Of a DNA stretch of 18,691 nt, positions 7,920-16,376 are shown piece after piece. The notes below the pieces were generated by a model. That model searched no databases and was not told where the DNA came from. It worked only from the letters and a program-made list of their open reading frames with translations. How positions within the stretch are numbered: the first letter of the stretch is position 1; each line of letters opens with the position of its first letter. Source of the DNA: Candidatus Ratteibacteria bacterium. Lineage in GTDB: Bacteria > Ratteibacteria > UBA8468 > B48-G9 > DTJG01. A program made the translations under genes and the position numbers. The DNA is taken from NCBI GenBank assembly GCA_049971295.1, contig JBMFLH010000036.1:1-18691 (forward strand), in the 5' to 3' direction.

Positions 7920-8473
7920 TTAGATTGTTCTGTTGAAATCTGTCTTAATTTTTCAACAAATGCGCTTCCATATTTTCTTTCCAATGCTTCATAAGCAAAC
8001 TCAACAAGCAATGGAGATTCCTTGGGTACTTTACTTCTGCATATATCCCAGTGCTCGTAAATAATCCCCTCAAAGATACCAAACTTTCTCACCCTTATCG
8101 GATAGAGGTGGCAGGATATCGGTTTTCTGAAGTCAATCTGTTTTTCTTTCCATGCAATTTCAATACCACATAATATTATCCCGTTTTTTTCAACAGCATA
8201 TGCACACCATCCATTTTCGGCAATCGGTGTTTCAAAATCGCCCCACAAATTTTTTACAAAACATCCGTATCTGTTTATTCTGTCCACTGAAGAATTTCTT
8301 AAGTAATTTTTTATGGTTGACATATTCTTTGTTAAAATTTCAATTTCCTGATATTCCAGCGGGGCACCGGCTTCGCCCTCGCAACAACACAGTCCTTTGC
8401 ATTTATTGATATCACATGAAAATCTGCTTGTGATGATTTCAGAACTAACGAGAATTTTTCCAATAAAAAACAT
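7916..8473 (-). CDS. DUF3109 family Cys-rich protein
   Basis: FSCDINKCKGLCCCEGEAGAPL, CAYA, CGIEIAW, KPISCHLYPIRV, WDIC and C-terminal EALERKYG match the DUF3109 pattern as I recall it. Confidence 0.85.
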   Translation of the reverse strand: MFFIGKILVSSEIITSRFSCDINKCKGLCCCEGEAGAPLEYQEIEILTKNMSTIKNYLRNSSVDRINRYGCFVKNLWGDFETPIAENGWCAYAVEKNGIILCGIEIAWKEKQIDFRKPISCHLYPIRVRKFGIFEGIIYEHWDICRSKVPKESPLLVEFAYEALERKYGSAFVEKLRQISTEQSK

Positions 8474-8474
8474 G

Positions 8475-9002
8475 TCACCAGTAAATATAACGGGTAAATA
8501 GTTCCTGTTCTATTTTGTTTAGTTTAGAAATGTCTTTAATTACATACCGATCTTCAAAAATGTCAATAAGAATTTTCCCTTTTTTGCCAAAATCAAACGC
8601 AAATCTCGTTTCCCACTTCATTGAAAATTCTCTTGGTCCCTTATCTGTTTCAACATCAAAGAAAAGAAGTCCATAGGCAAATTTAATAGAATTTATCGCC
8701 AGAATCTCAAATGAAAAATACTGTCTTCGTAATGCTTCCATAATAAGTTTCTTTGCCTCATCAGGCAATTGTTCAATATCTTCAATCATTCCTATTTCAT
8801 ATTCTCTATCATTTGCGTCATTGCAAAAAAGTGAAATATATTTATTGGGATTCGAGACAGGAAAAGCTGCAATAGCAAAAACCCCTCTGTATAAAGAACC
8901 ATCCTCAAGCATAACATGAATTGTCTCGAACGTGCCGCGAAATACTTTTATTTTTTTTGGATCTAAAAAGACAATCTCCAGTTTTTTAATTTCTTCTTCC
9001 AT
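8475..9002 (-). CDS. DUF1854 domain protein
   Basis: AFPVSNPNKYISL, EIGMIEDI, ALRRQYF, FDVETDKGPREF and LIDIFEDRYVI motifs; lies directly downstream of an ABC exporter, the usual context. Confidence 0.85.
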   Translation of the reverse strand: MEEEIKKLEIVFLDPKKIKVFRGTFETIHVMLEDGSLYRGVFAIAAFPVSNPNKYISLFCNDANDREYEIGMIEDIEQLPDEAKKLIMEALRRQYFSFEILAINSIKFAYGLLFFDVETDKGPREFSMKWETRFAFDFGKKGKILIDIFEDRYVIKDISKLNKIEQELFTRYIYW

Positions 9003-9003
9003 T

Positions 9004-11235
9004 TTATTCCACCTCTGCCTCTATACTTGTCAACTTGGTCTGCATAATCACCAGTTTATAATATATACCCTTTTTCTCCATCAATTGCTGGTGCGTGCCG
9101 CTTTCTACAATTTTTCCATTATCCACAACAAGAATTTTATCCGCTCCTCGCAAGGTTGAAAGGCGGTGTGCAACCGCAATTGTTGTTCTATTCTTACATA
9201 GAATCGCAAGGGCGTCCTGAATCTTCTTTTCAGATTCAGTATCTACCGATGAGGTGGCTTCATCGAGTATTAAAATAGGTGGATCACATAATAATGCTCG
9301 CGCTATACCAATTCTCTGTTTTTCGCCGCCTGATATCCCTGCTCCATGTTCCCTGAGATACAGGTCATATCCCATGGGAAGCTTCATTATAAAGTCATGG
9401 CAATTGGCAGCTTTTGAAGCGTTTAATATATCCTTAAATGTAGCATCAGGTCGTCCATACAAAATGTTCTCCGCTATACTTGCCCTGAAAAGAAATGGCT
9501 CCTGAAGTACTAATCCAATCTGTTTTCTCAGGTCATGGGAAGAGATTTCACGAATGTCCTTACCGTCAATGTAAATTGCGCCCTCCTGTACATCGTAAAA
9601 TCTACATATCAGGTTGATCAAGGTTGTCTTTCCTGAACCACTCTTACCAACAATTCCTATCAGTTGCCCTGGTTCTATCTCAAAAGAAACATCTTTTATA
9701 ATAGGTTGATAACGGTCATATCCAAACGTAACATGCTCAAATTTGATATGTCCCTTAATATGTGGCATTCTAATTGCTCCAGGTGTATCTTTTAATTGGG
9801 GTTCTGTGTCAAGAATTTCAAAAATCCTGTGACTTGCAGTGATGAAACTGCTTACCCAGTTTGACATCAATGCCATCTGGGAAAGTGGACCATAAAACAT
9901 TCCTGTGTAACTCAAAAAAGCCATTAACTGCCCAAGAGTGAAACCCTGGTTCTGTAAAACTGCCTTGCCTCCTGCATACCATACAATTAATCCACCTGTA
10001 CTGAACAAAAATGCCATCATCGGATTGAATTTTGCCACACTTGTCTGCACCCTTCGCTGTGAATCTCGCAAATCTGAAGCCATCATATCAAAGCGTCTAA
10101 TTTCTTTCTCTTCCTGAGCAAATGCCTTGACGACCCTGATTCCAGAAAATACAATGTTTAAAAAACGTGAAATTTTTGCCTGACTGTCCCACAGCTTAAA
10201 GTTCATAGGATAAATTCTGCTCCAGAAAAAATATGTTCCCATCATAACGAACGGAACAGGGACAAGAACATAAAAAGCGAGTTTCGCATTGATAAAAAAT
10301 AACATGATTCCAATACCCGCGATAAGAAAAAGATTCAAAAGAAAACCTTGTCCGACCTGAGTCACAAATCCATAGAATGCCTCGACATCAGAAGAAAATC
10401 TTGTCATCAGTGTTCCCACTGATTGTTGATCATAATAATCAATTGAAAGTTCCTGCAGTTTCCTGAAAAGTTTTTTCCTCAGGTCATAAGTAATCAGGGT
10501 GCCCACAGAGGAAGTAAGTGTTCCCACAATCATGTTGACAAAAGCCCTAATCAATTCTGCGCTAATAAGAGCAGTCACAATCCATATCAACCAATCAACA
10601 TGCCTTCTTGATGTCAATACTTCGTCGACGAGAATCTGTGTAAGTTTTGGAGGTACAAGACTCAATCCCACTGAAATCAGCATCAGCATCAAAACAATAA
10701 TCACCCAGTGAAGATAGGGCTCAAGCAAAAAAATGATTCTAAAAAGAATTGGTCCCTGTCTTGCGCACCTCGGACACGAGGCTTTTTCTGTTTGAAGTGG
10801 CAAACCGCAAATAGGACAGAGCATTGGATGAGATTCCTGAACATACTCATCAGATACAGGTTTGCCCTGTCTTAATAAATCAAGTTGCACAATGAAACGA
10901 CTGAATCGAAATCTTAACGTATTTGTAAATCTGACAATGTCGATATAAAATTCATCAATCTTCGCCTGAAGATAGGCGCTGCCAATTGATGCTCTGATTC
11001 TGAATTTTTTTATTTTCTCTAGGCTCAAATCAATTTCATCGTGAAACCCTTTTTCCGGTATAACAACAAAGCGACTATCCGTGGCTATCACCCATATTTC
11101 TGCGGGATTACCTAAAAAATCAAGGTCGGCAAAGGTTTTCAATCTGATTTCAGATTGTTTGATTCCCTTTTCTTCAAGCCGTCTTAAAATACTTTCAGAA
11201 ATTTCTTTATTCATTTGCGCCATTTTTTCTACCAT
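9004..11235 (-). CDS. ABC transporter, fused permease + ATP-binding (exporter type) with N-terminal extension
   Basis: Transmembrane domain; Walker A GKSGSGKT; Q-loop LVLQE; signature ISGGEKQ; Walker B ILILDE; H-loop AHRLST; N-terminal ~160 aa with CPICG...CPRC. Start may be 11235, 11223 or 11214. Confidence 0.93.
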   Translation of the reverse strand: MVEKMAQMNKEISESILRRLEEKGIKQSEIRLKTFADLDFLGNPAEIWVIATDSRFVVIPEKGFHDEIDLSLEKIKKFRIRASIGSAYLQAKIDEFYIDIVRFTNTLRFRFSRFIVQLDLLRQGKPVSDEYVQESHPMLCPICGLPLQTEKASCPRCARQGPILFRIIFLLEPYLHWVIIVLMLMLISVGLSLVPPKLTQILVDEVLTSRRHVDWLIWIVTALISAELIRAFVNMIVGTLTSSVGTLITYDLRKKLFRKLQELSIDYYDQQSVGTLMTRFSSDVEAFYGFVTQVGQGFLLNLFLIAGIGIMLFFINAKLAFYVLVPVPFVMMGTYFFWSRIYPMNFKLWDSQAKISRFLNIVFSGIRVVKAFAQEEKEIRRFDMMASDLRDSQRRVQTSVAKFNPMMAFLFSTGGLIVWYAGGKAVLQNQGFTLGQLMAFLSYTGMFYGPLSQMALMSNWVSSFITASHRIFEILDTEPQLKDTPGAIRMPHIKGHIKFEHVTFGYDRYQPIIKDVSFEIEPGQLIGIVGKSGSGKTTLINLICRFYDVQEGAIYIDGKDIREISSHDLRKQIGLVLQEPFLFRASIAENILYGRPDATFKDILNASKAANCHDFIMKLPMGYDLYLREHGAGISGGEKQRIGIARALLCDPPILILDEATSSVDTESEKKIQDALAILCKNRTTIAVAHRLSTLRGADKILVVDNGKIVESGTHQQLMEKKGIYYKLVIMQTKLTSIEAEVE

Positions 11236-11261
11236 CTGAAAAAAGAAAATGTCAATATGTA

Positions 11262-11289
11262 AGTATAAAACACATTATAAAATTTTCAA
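11262..11289 (-). promoter_or_regulatory. Sigma70-type promoter for the ABC operon
   Basis: Minus strand TTGAAA (11284-11289), 16 nt, TATACT (11262-11267). A second TATAAT lies at 11274-11279. Confidence 0.5.
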
Positions 11290-11364
11290 CAACATACTGG
11301 AAATGGAAATGAAGATCTTGTATCATATTAGCATCACCATTTTCAAAAAACGGTGGAGACAACA

Positions 11365-14058
11365 ATGGAAAAACCATGGGTTTATGAGGTTTCAGAGATA
11401 GTAAAACAGCTTGACTCAGATCTTTCCATGGGCCTGACCGAGAAAGAGGCAAACAAGCGACTTGTTCATTATGGTTATAACAAACTTGCTGAAAAAAAGA
11501 AACGTCACCCTATATTTCTATTTCTTGGACAGTTTAGAAGTCTCATCATCTGGGTACTTATTATCGCTGCTATCATCGCGGGTTTCCTTAAAGAATGGAT
11601 TGATACATTTGCAATTATTGGTATCGTAATTTTGAATTCGATTCTCGGATTTATTCAGGAATTCAAAGCTGAAAAGGCACTCGATGCATTAAAAAAGCTT
11701 TTTACTCAATATTCAAAGGTTTTGCGGGAAGGTCAACTACGAGTTGTTCCATCAGAGTTTCTTGTACCAGGGGATATTATTGAACTTGAAGCAGGCGACA
11801 ACATTCCCGCGGATTGCCGCGTGATATGGCACACTGCAAATTTTACTGTGCAGGAAGCAAGTTTGACGGGTGAATCCACTCCTGTGGTAAAAACAAGCAT
11901 TCCTCTAAACGAGCCAGAAACAATTATTGCTGAAAGAGCCAATATGGCGTATATGGGAACAAGCGTTTCTTCTGGTAGGGCAAGGTGTATCGTGGTAGAT
12001 ACAGGTATGAGGACTGAACTGGGCAAAATCACTGAAATGATAGAAGAGGCATCTCATGAGAAAACACCCTTGCAAACAAGGCTTGAAAATTTCGGAAAAT
12101 TCCTTGTTTACATATGTTTATTCCTTGTGGCACTTATTTTTCTTGTGGAATGGATCAGAGGAGGCACATTTATTGATGTTTTTCTAACTGCGGTCAGTCT
12201 GGCAGTCGCTGCTATACCAGAAGGACTTCCTGCAGTTGTAACGATTGGTCTTGCTCTTGGTGTTCAACGAATGGCAAGAAGGAATGTTCTTATCAGAAAA
12301 CTTCCTTCTGTTGAAACACTTGGCTGTGCAACCACGATATGTTCCGACAAAACCGGAACTCTCACGAAAAATGAAATGACAGTCAAAAAAATTTATGCTG
12401 ACGGTAACATCATTTCTGTTACTGGCACCGGATACAATCCAGAAGGAAACCTTTTAATAAACGAAAGGACTGTAATAGTTGAACAATTTTCAGGCCTTGA
12501 TAAGGCACTGCTGTGCGCTGTGGTGTGCAATACAGCACGATTAACAAGAAATAATGATTTATGGGAAATTACTGGGGATCCTACTGAAGGAGCTTTATTG
12601 GCTGTCGCAGCAAAAGCAGGCAAATGGAAAGAAGAAGCTGAAAAAAAATTCCAGATTGTTGATGAAATTCCTTTTGATTCAGAAAGAAAAAGAATGACAG
12701 TCGTAGCGAAGCATAATAACAACCTTATTGCTTTTGTAAAAGGAGCACCAGATATCATACTGAATCTATGTTCTTTCATTGAAGAAAACAATACCATAAG
12801 GCCACTGGAAGAAACAAGAAAAAAATTAATTCTTGATGTAACAGACAGTTTTGCAAAACAATCCCTGAGGGTTCTTGCCACAGGATACAAAAATATTGAA
12901 CCAGGTTCCACTATCTCAGAAAAAACTGCTGAAACCGACATTGTTTTCACAGCCCTTTTTGCGATGATTGATCCTCCAAGAGAAGAAGCAAAACTTGCTA
13001 TTGAAAAATGCAAGAGAGCCGGCATTAAAGTCAAAATGATCACTGGAGATCATAAATCGTCCGCAATTGCCATAGCAAGACAGCTATCCTTGATTCATAG
13101 TGAAGATGCGGTTGTTTCAGGAGAACAGATTGATAGTTTTGACGACAATCATCTGAAGGACCTGGTGAACAATGTTTCTGTCTTTGCCCGTGTATCTCCC
13201 CATCATAAACTCAGAATTGTCAGAGCGCTGAAAAAAAACAAAGAGATTGTTGCGATGACAGGAGACGGTGTTAACGATGCACCTGCTGTAAAAGAAGCAG
13301 ATATAGGTATCGCAATGGGTATCACAGGAACAGATGTGACAAAAGAAGTATCTGACATGGTCATCACTGATGATAACTTTGCATCAATCGTGGCAGCAGT
13401 AGAAGAGGGTAGGGGAATCTATGAAAATATAAGAAAATTTGTACATTTTCTCCTTTCGTGCAATGCAGGAGAAATTATGTTGATGTTTTTTGCCTCATTT
13501 CTGAAAACGCCTGTACCGCTTCTGCCAATACATATACTATGGATTAACATCATAACTGATGGATTACCTGCACTGGCTCTTGGCGTGGATCCCACAGATC
13601 CCAAAAATATGGAAAAACCACCCAGGAAACCTGATGAGCCGATTGTGAATAGGAAAAGCGGGAAAACAATAATACTGCAGGGATTTTTTATAGCAATGTG
13701 TGCATTGGCAGCATTTTTATACGTAATTTACATGGAAAAGGCAACTTTAGAAAAAGCAAGGACGATGACATTTTTTGTTCTCGCCTGTTCACAATTATTT
13801 CACGCCTTTAATTTAAGAAGTGAAATTCATTCGATATTTCAACTGAAGTTTTCAACCAATATGAAACTTGTTTATGCAGTAATAATTTCATTTTTACTTC
13901 AAATATCAGCAATTTATTTGCCCGTATCGAAGACAATATTTAGAACCGTACCAATCAAAGGCCTTGACCTTGCTATAGCACTTATTATTTCAAGCTTACC
14001 GTTGTGGACGATGGAGATAATGAAACTAATCGCACGAAAAAAGTATTCAAAATTGTAG
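11365..14058 (+). CDS. P2A-type (SERCA/PMR1-like) calcium-translocating P-type ATPase
   Basis: LTGES, AIPEGLP, DKTGT phosphorylation site, KGAP, MITGD, TGDGVNDAP, SCNAGE and WINIITDG. Start set at ATG 11365 behind GGAG (11355-11358) rather than GTG 11353. Confidence 0.95.
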   Translation: MEKPWVYEVSEIVKQLDSDLSMGLTEKEANKRLVHYGYNKLAEKKKRHPIFLFLGQFRSLIIWVLIIAAIIAGFLKEWIDTFAIIGIVILNSILGFIQEFKAEKALDALKKLFTQYSKVLREGQLRVVPSEFLVPGDIIELEAGDNIPADCRVIWHTANFTVQEASLTGESTPVVKTSIPLNEPETIIAERANMAYMGTSVSSGRARCIVVDTGMRTELGKITEMIEEASHEKTPLQTRLENFGKFLVYICLFLVALIFLVEWIRGGTFIDVFLTAVSLAVAAIPEGLPAVVTIGLALGVQRMARRNVLIRKLPSVETLGCATTICSDKTGTLTKNEMTVKKIYADGNIISVTGTGYNPEGNLLINERTVIVEQFSGLDKALLCAVVCNTARLTRNNDLWEITGDPTEGALLAVAAKAGKWKEEAEKKFQIVDEIPFDSERKRMTVVAKHNNNLIAFVKGAPDIILNLCSFIEENNTIRPLEETRKKLILDVTDSFAKQSLRVLATGYKNIEPGSTISEKTAETDIVFTALFAMIDPPREEAKLAIEKCKRAGIKVKMITGDHKSSAIAIARQLSLIHSEDAVVSGEQIDSFDDNHLKDLVNNVSVFARVSPHHKLRIVRALKKNKEIVAMTGDGVNDAPAVKEADIGIAMGITGTDVTKEVSDMVITDDNFASIVAAVEEGRGIYENIRKFVHFLLSCNAGEIMLMFFASFLKTPVPLLPIHILWINIITDGLPALALGVDPTDPKNMEKPPRKPDEPIVNRKSGKTIILQGFFIAMCALAAFLYVIYMEKATLEKARTMTFFVLACSQLFHAFNLRSEIHSIFQLKFSTNMKLVYAVIISFLLQISAIYLPVSKTIFRTVPIKGLDLAIALIISSLPLWTMEIMKLIARKKYSKL

Positions 14059-14062
14059 TTTC

Positions 14063-14083
14063 TGTTATAATACTGTTAAGGAG
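14063..14083 (+). promoter_or_regulatory. Extended -10 promoter and RBS for ACT/DUF711 pair
   Basis: Perfect TGT-TATAAT (14063-14071), then AAGGAG (14078-14083) and ATG 14089. Confidence 0.65.
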
Positions 14084-14088
14084 ATGCG

Positions 14089-14367
14089 ATGAAAAAAGAA
14101 CTTGTTTTTATCACCGTGATCGGAAAGGACAAAAAAGGGATTGTATCTCGGATATCTACTGCACTTTTCAAAAAAAATATCAACATAGAAGACATCACCC
14201 AGAAGATTATAAAGGACCATTTCATCATGGCAATGCTTGTTGACGTCAAAGATGCAAACTGTTCTATAGAAGCGATTGTGAAGGATCTTGAACAAATTGG
14301 AAGACAAATGGGACTGATTATTCAGGTCCAACATGAAAATATTTTCAAAATGATGCATAGGATATAG
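14089..14367 (+). CDS. ACT domain protein (UPF0237 family)
   Basis: ITVIGKDKKGIV...NINIEDITQ...F.MAMLV...QHENIFKMMHRI; strong RBS; canonical partner of the next gene. Confidence 0.92.
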   Translation: MKKELVFITVIGKDKKGIVSRISTALFKKNINIEDITQKIIKDHFIMAMLVDVKDANCSIEAIVKDLEQIGRQMGLIIQVQHENIFKMMHRI

Positions 14368-14369
14368 AT

Positions 14370-15728
14370 ATGGCATTTTCAATAGAAGAAATCTACGAAA
14401 CCGCAAGAATGATACTTTTTGAAAAACTTGATATACGAACGACAACACTTGGAATCAACATCAAAGATTGCATCCACTCGAACTTTTCGCGCTTTCAGAA
14501 AAATGTTTATAAAAAAATTGTAAGGTATGGAAAAATTCTTGTAAAACACGCAAAAGAGATTGAAGTTAAATACGGAATCCCCATTGTAAATAAAAGAATA
14601 TCCATCACGCCAATAACTCTGGTTATGGAACCTCATGCAACCAGAGAAAAATATATCAGCATGGCAAAAACAATAGATAGTGCGGTAAAAGAAGCAGAAA
14701 TTGACTACATCGGTGGTTTTGGCGCTTTGGTTCAAAAGGGAATGACAGAAGCAGAAAAAATTTTAATTGACTGCATTCCTGATGTAATTGCATCCACCCA
14801 GCGGGTGTGTTGTTTTCTCAATGCTGGAACCACATCTGCAGGAATGAATATGGACGTTATAAAACTTATGGGAGACATGCTGATTAAAACTGCCAGAAAA
14901 ACTATCAATGGTATTGGCTGTACAAGATTTGTGATTTTCGTTAATGCTCCTGAAGACAATCCTTTCATGGCAGGTGCATTTCATGGACCTGGAGAACCAG
15001 AAACATCTTTGAATATTGGAATCAGTGGACCTGGTGCAGTAAGAAGCATTGTGGAAAAAAACCGTGAATGCGACCTGACAGAGTTGTCAGAAATTATAAA
15101 GAGAACAGTTTTCAAAATCACAAGAGCAGGCGAACTGGTTGGAAGGGAACTGGCAGAAAAAATTGGTGTATCTTTTGGGATTGTTGATATTTCGCTTGCA
15201 CCAACGCCTTTGCCGGGAGATTCAGTAGCAGAAATTATTGAAGCATTCGGAATAGAAAAGATTGGTGCTCACGGTTCAACGCTTGCTATTGCCTTGTTGA
15301 TGGATGCTATTAAAAAAGGAGGAGCAATGGCAAGCAGCAATGTTGGAGGATTAAGCGGAACTTTTATTCCTGTGAGCGAGGACGCCGGCATGGCTAACGC
15401 CGTAGCATCAAAATCCCTTAACATTGAAAAACTTGAAGCGTTTACATCAGTATGCTCTGTTGGCCTCGATATGATTGCAATCCCAGGTGATACTCCACCG
15501 GACACAATCAGCGCAATCATTGCTGATGAACTTGTTATTGGAATTATCAACAACAAAACCACTGCAGCCAGAATTATTCCAGTACCCGGTAAAAAAGCAG
15601 GGGAAAAGGTAAATTTTGGAGGACTTCTGGGAGAAATGCCCGTGATGGCAGTAAACAAGTTTTCGTCAGCAAAATTTATCAAAAGAGGCGGCAGGTTGCC
15701 TTCGCCGATAATCTCACTTCGCAATTAG
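14370..15728 (+). CDS. DUF711 / UPF0210 (PFL-like family) protein
   Basis: LDIRTTTLGI, IPIVNKRISITP, NAPEDNPFMAGAFHG, GGLSGTFIPVSED, VCSVGLDMIAIPGD, FGGLLG and C-terminal RGGRLPSPIISLRN. Confidence 0.93.
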   Translation: MAFSIEEIYETARMILFEKLDIRTTTLGINIKDCIHSNFSRFQKNVYKKIVRYGKILVKHAKEIEVKYGIPIVNKRISITPITLVMEPHATREKYISMAKTIDSAVKEAEIDYIGGFGALVQKGMTEAEKILIDCIPDVIASTQRVCCFLNAGTTSAGMNMDVIKLMGDMLIKTARKTINGIGCTRFVIFVNAPEDNPFMAGAFHGPGEPETSLNIGISGPGAVRSIVEKNRECDLTELSEIIKRTVFKITRAGELVGRELAEKIGVSFGIVDISLAPTPLPGDSVAEIIEAFGIEKIGAHGSTLAIALLMDAIKKGGAMASSNVGGLSGTFIPVSEDAGMANAVASKSLNIEKLEAFTSVCSVGLDMIAIPGDTPPDTISAIIADELVIGIINNKTTAARIIPVPGKKAGEKVNFGGLLGEMPVMAVNKFSSAKFIKRGGRLPSPIISLRN

Positions 15729-16376
15729 TCTTTCTATAACTTTTAAAACCTCCATAAAATCATTGCCCTTACAGACGACGTCAACAACTTTATTCAATTT
15801 CTGCGAGGAAGAATTAAATGCTATTGAAAACCCACATGTTTCTGCCATGGGAACATCTCCATCGCTATCTCCAATACAGATAACTTTTTCCGGAGGGATA
15901 TCGAGCTTTTTAAGGATTTTTCTCAACACTTTGCCTTTTTCACCGTGAGAAATATTGATCTTTACTCCACCTGTTAATATTCCGTTGCGAGAAAGAAGTT
16001 TGTTCGATACAACAATTCTGAAGCCAATTTCATTTTGTAATTTTTTTTGAATATACTGAAGCCCTGTGGACAGTGCAATAAGTTGAAAACCCATTTTTTT
16101 TAATCTCAATAGAGATTCTTTTGCGTTATCTGTATACGGAATATCTTTGAACAAATCAGCAATTTTCTTCTCAGAAATACCTTTCCAGTGCGCTGCATCT
16201 AATTTACAGAATTGACTGTAAGTAATCTTACCAGCAAGAAACATTTCCTGATACCTACAGGCAAGAGTATCCCAATTACCAAGCTTTTCATGAATGTACC
16301 GCCAGGAGCTTACAGGCTTTACAATTGTACCATCTATATCAATCGCAATAGCTAGATATTCGTTTTTTTTACACAT
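15714..16376 (-). CDS. HAD-superfamily (IB) phosphatase, phosphoserine phosphatase-like
   Basis: Motif I DIDGT, motif II LSTG, motif III K(G), motif IV IGDSDGD, and IAFN. ATG overlaps the rlmN stop by 8 nt. Confidence 0.88.
   Translation of the reverse strand: MCKKNEYLAIAIDIDGTIVKPVSSWRYIHEKLGNWDTLACRYQEMFLAGKITYSQFCKLDAAHWKGISEKKIADLFKDIPYTDNAKESLLRLKKMGFQLIALSTGLQYIQKKLQNEIGFRIVVSNKLLSRNGILTGGVKINISHGEKGKVLRKILKKLDIPPEKVICIGDSDGDVPMAETCGFSIAFNSSSQKLNKVVDVVCKGNDFMEVLKVIERLIAK

Noticed and set aside
11236..11364. yybP-ykoY or M-box riboswitch upstream of the P-type ATPase
   Set aside because: The region is short, AT-rich, shared with divergent promoters, and shows no multi-stem structure that I can identify.
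11252..11452. 66-aa minus ORF upstream of the ABC gene as a transported peptide or leader
   Set aside because: Overlaps the ATPase start and both promoter regions, with no RBS or precursor-peptide motif.
11733..13604. Antisense ORFs 11733-12032, 12393-13043 (216 aa) and 13419-13604
   Set aside because: They lie wholly opposite the P-type ATPase and have no motifs; typical shadow ORFs.
14065..15724. Minus-strand ORFs 14065-14448, 14379-14735, 14732-14968, 14763-14984, 15269-15724
   Set aside because: Antisense to the well-supported ACT and DUF711 genes and without recognisable features.
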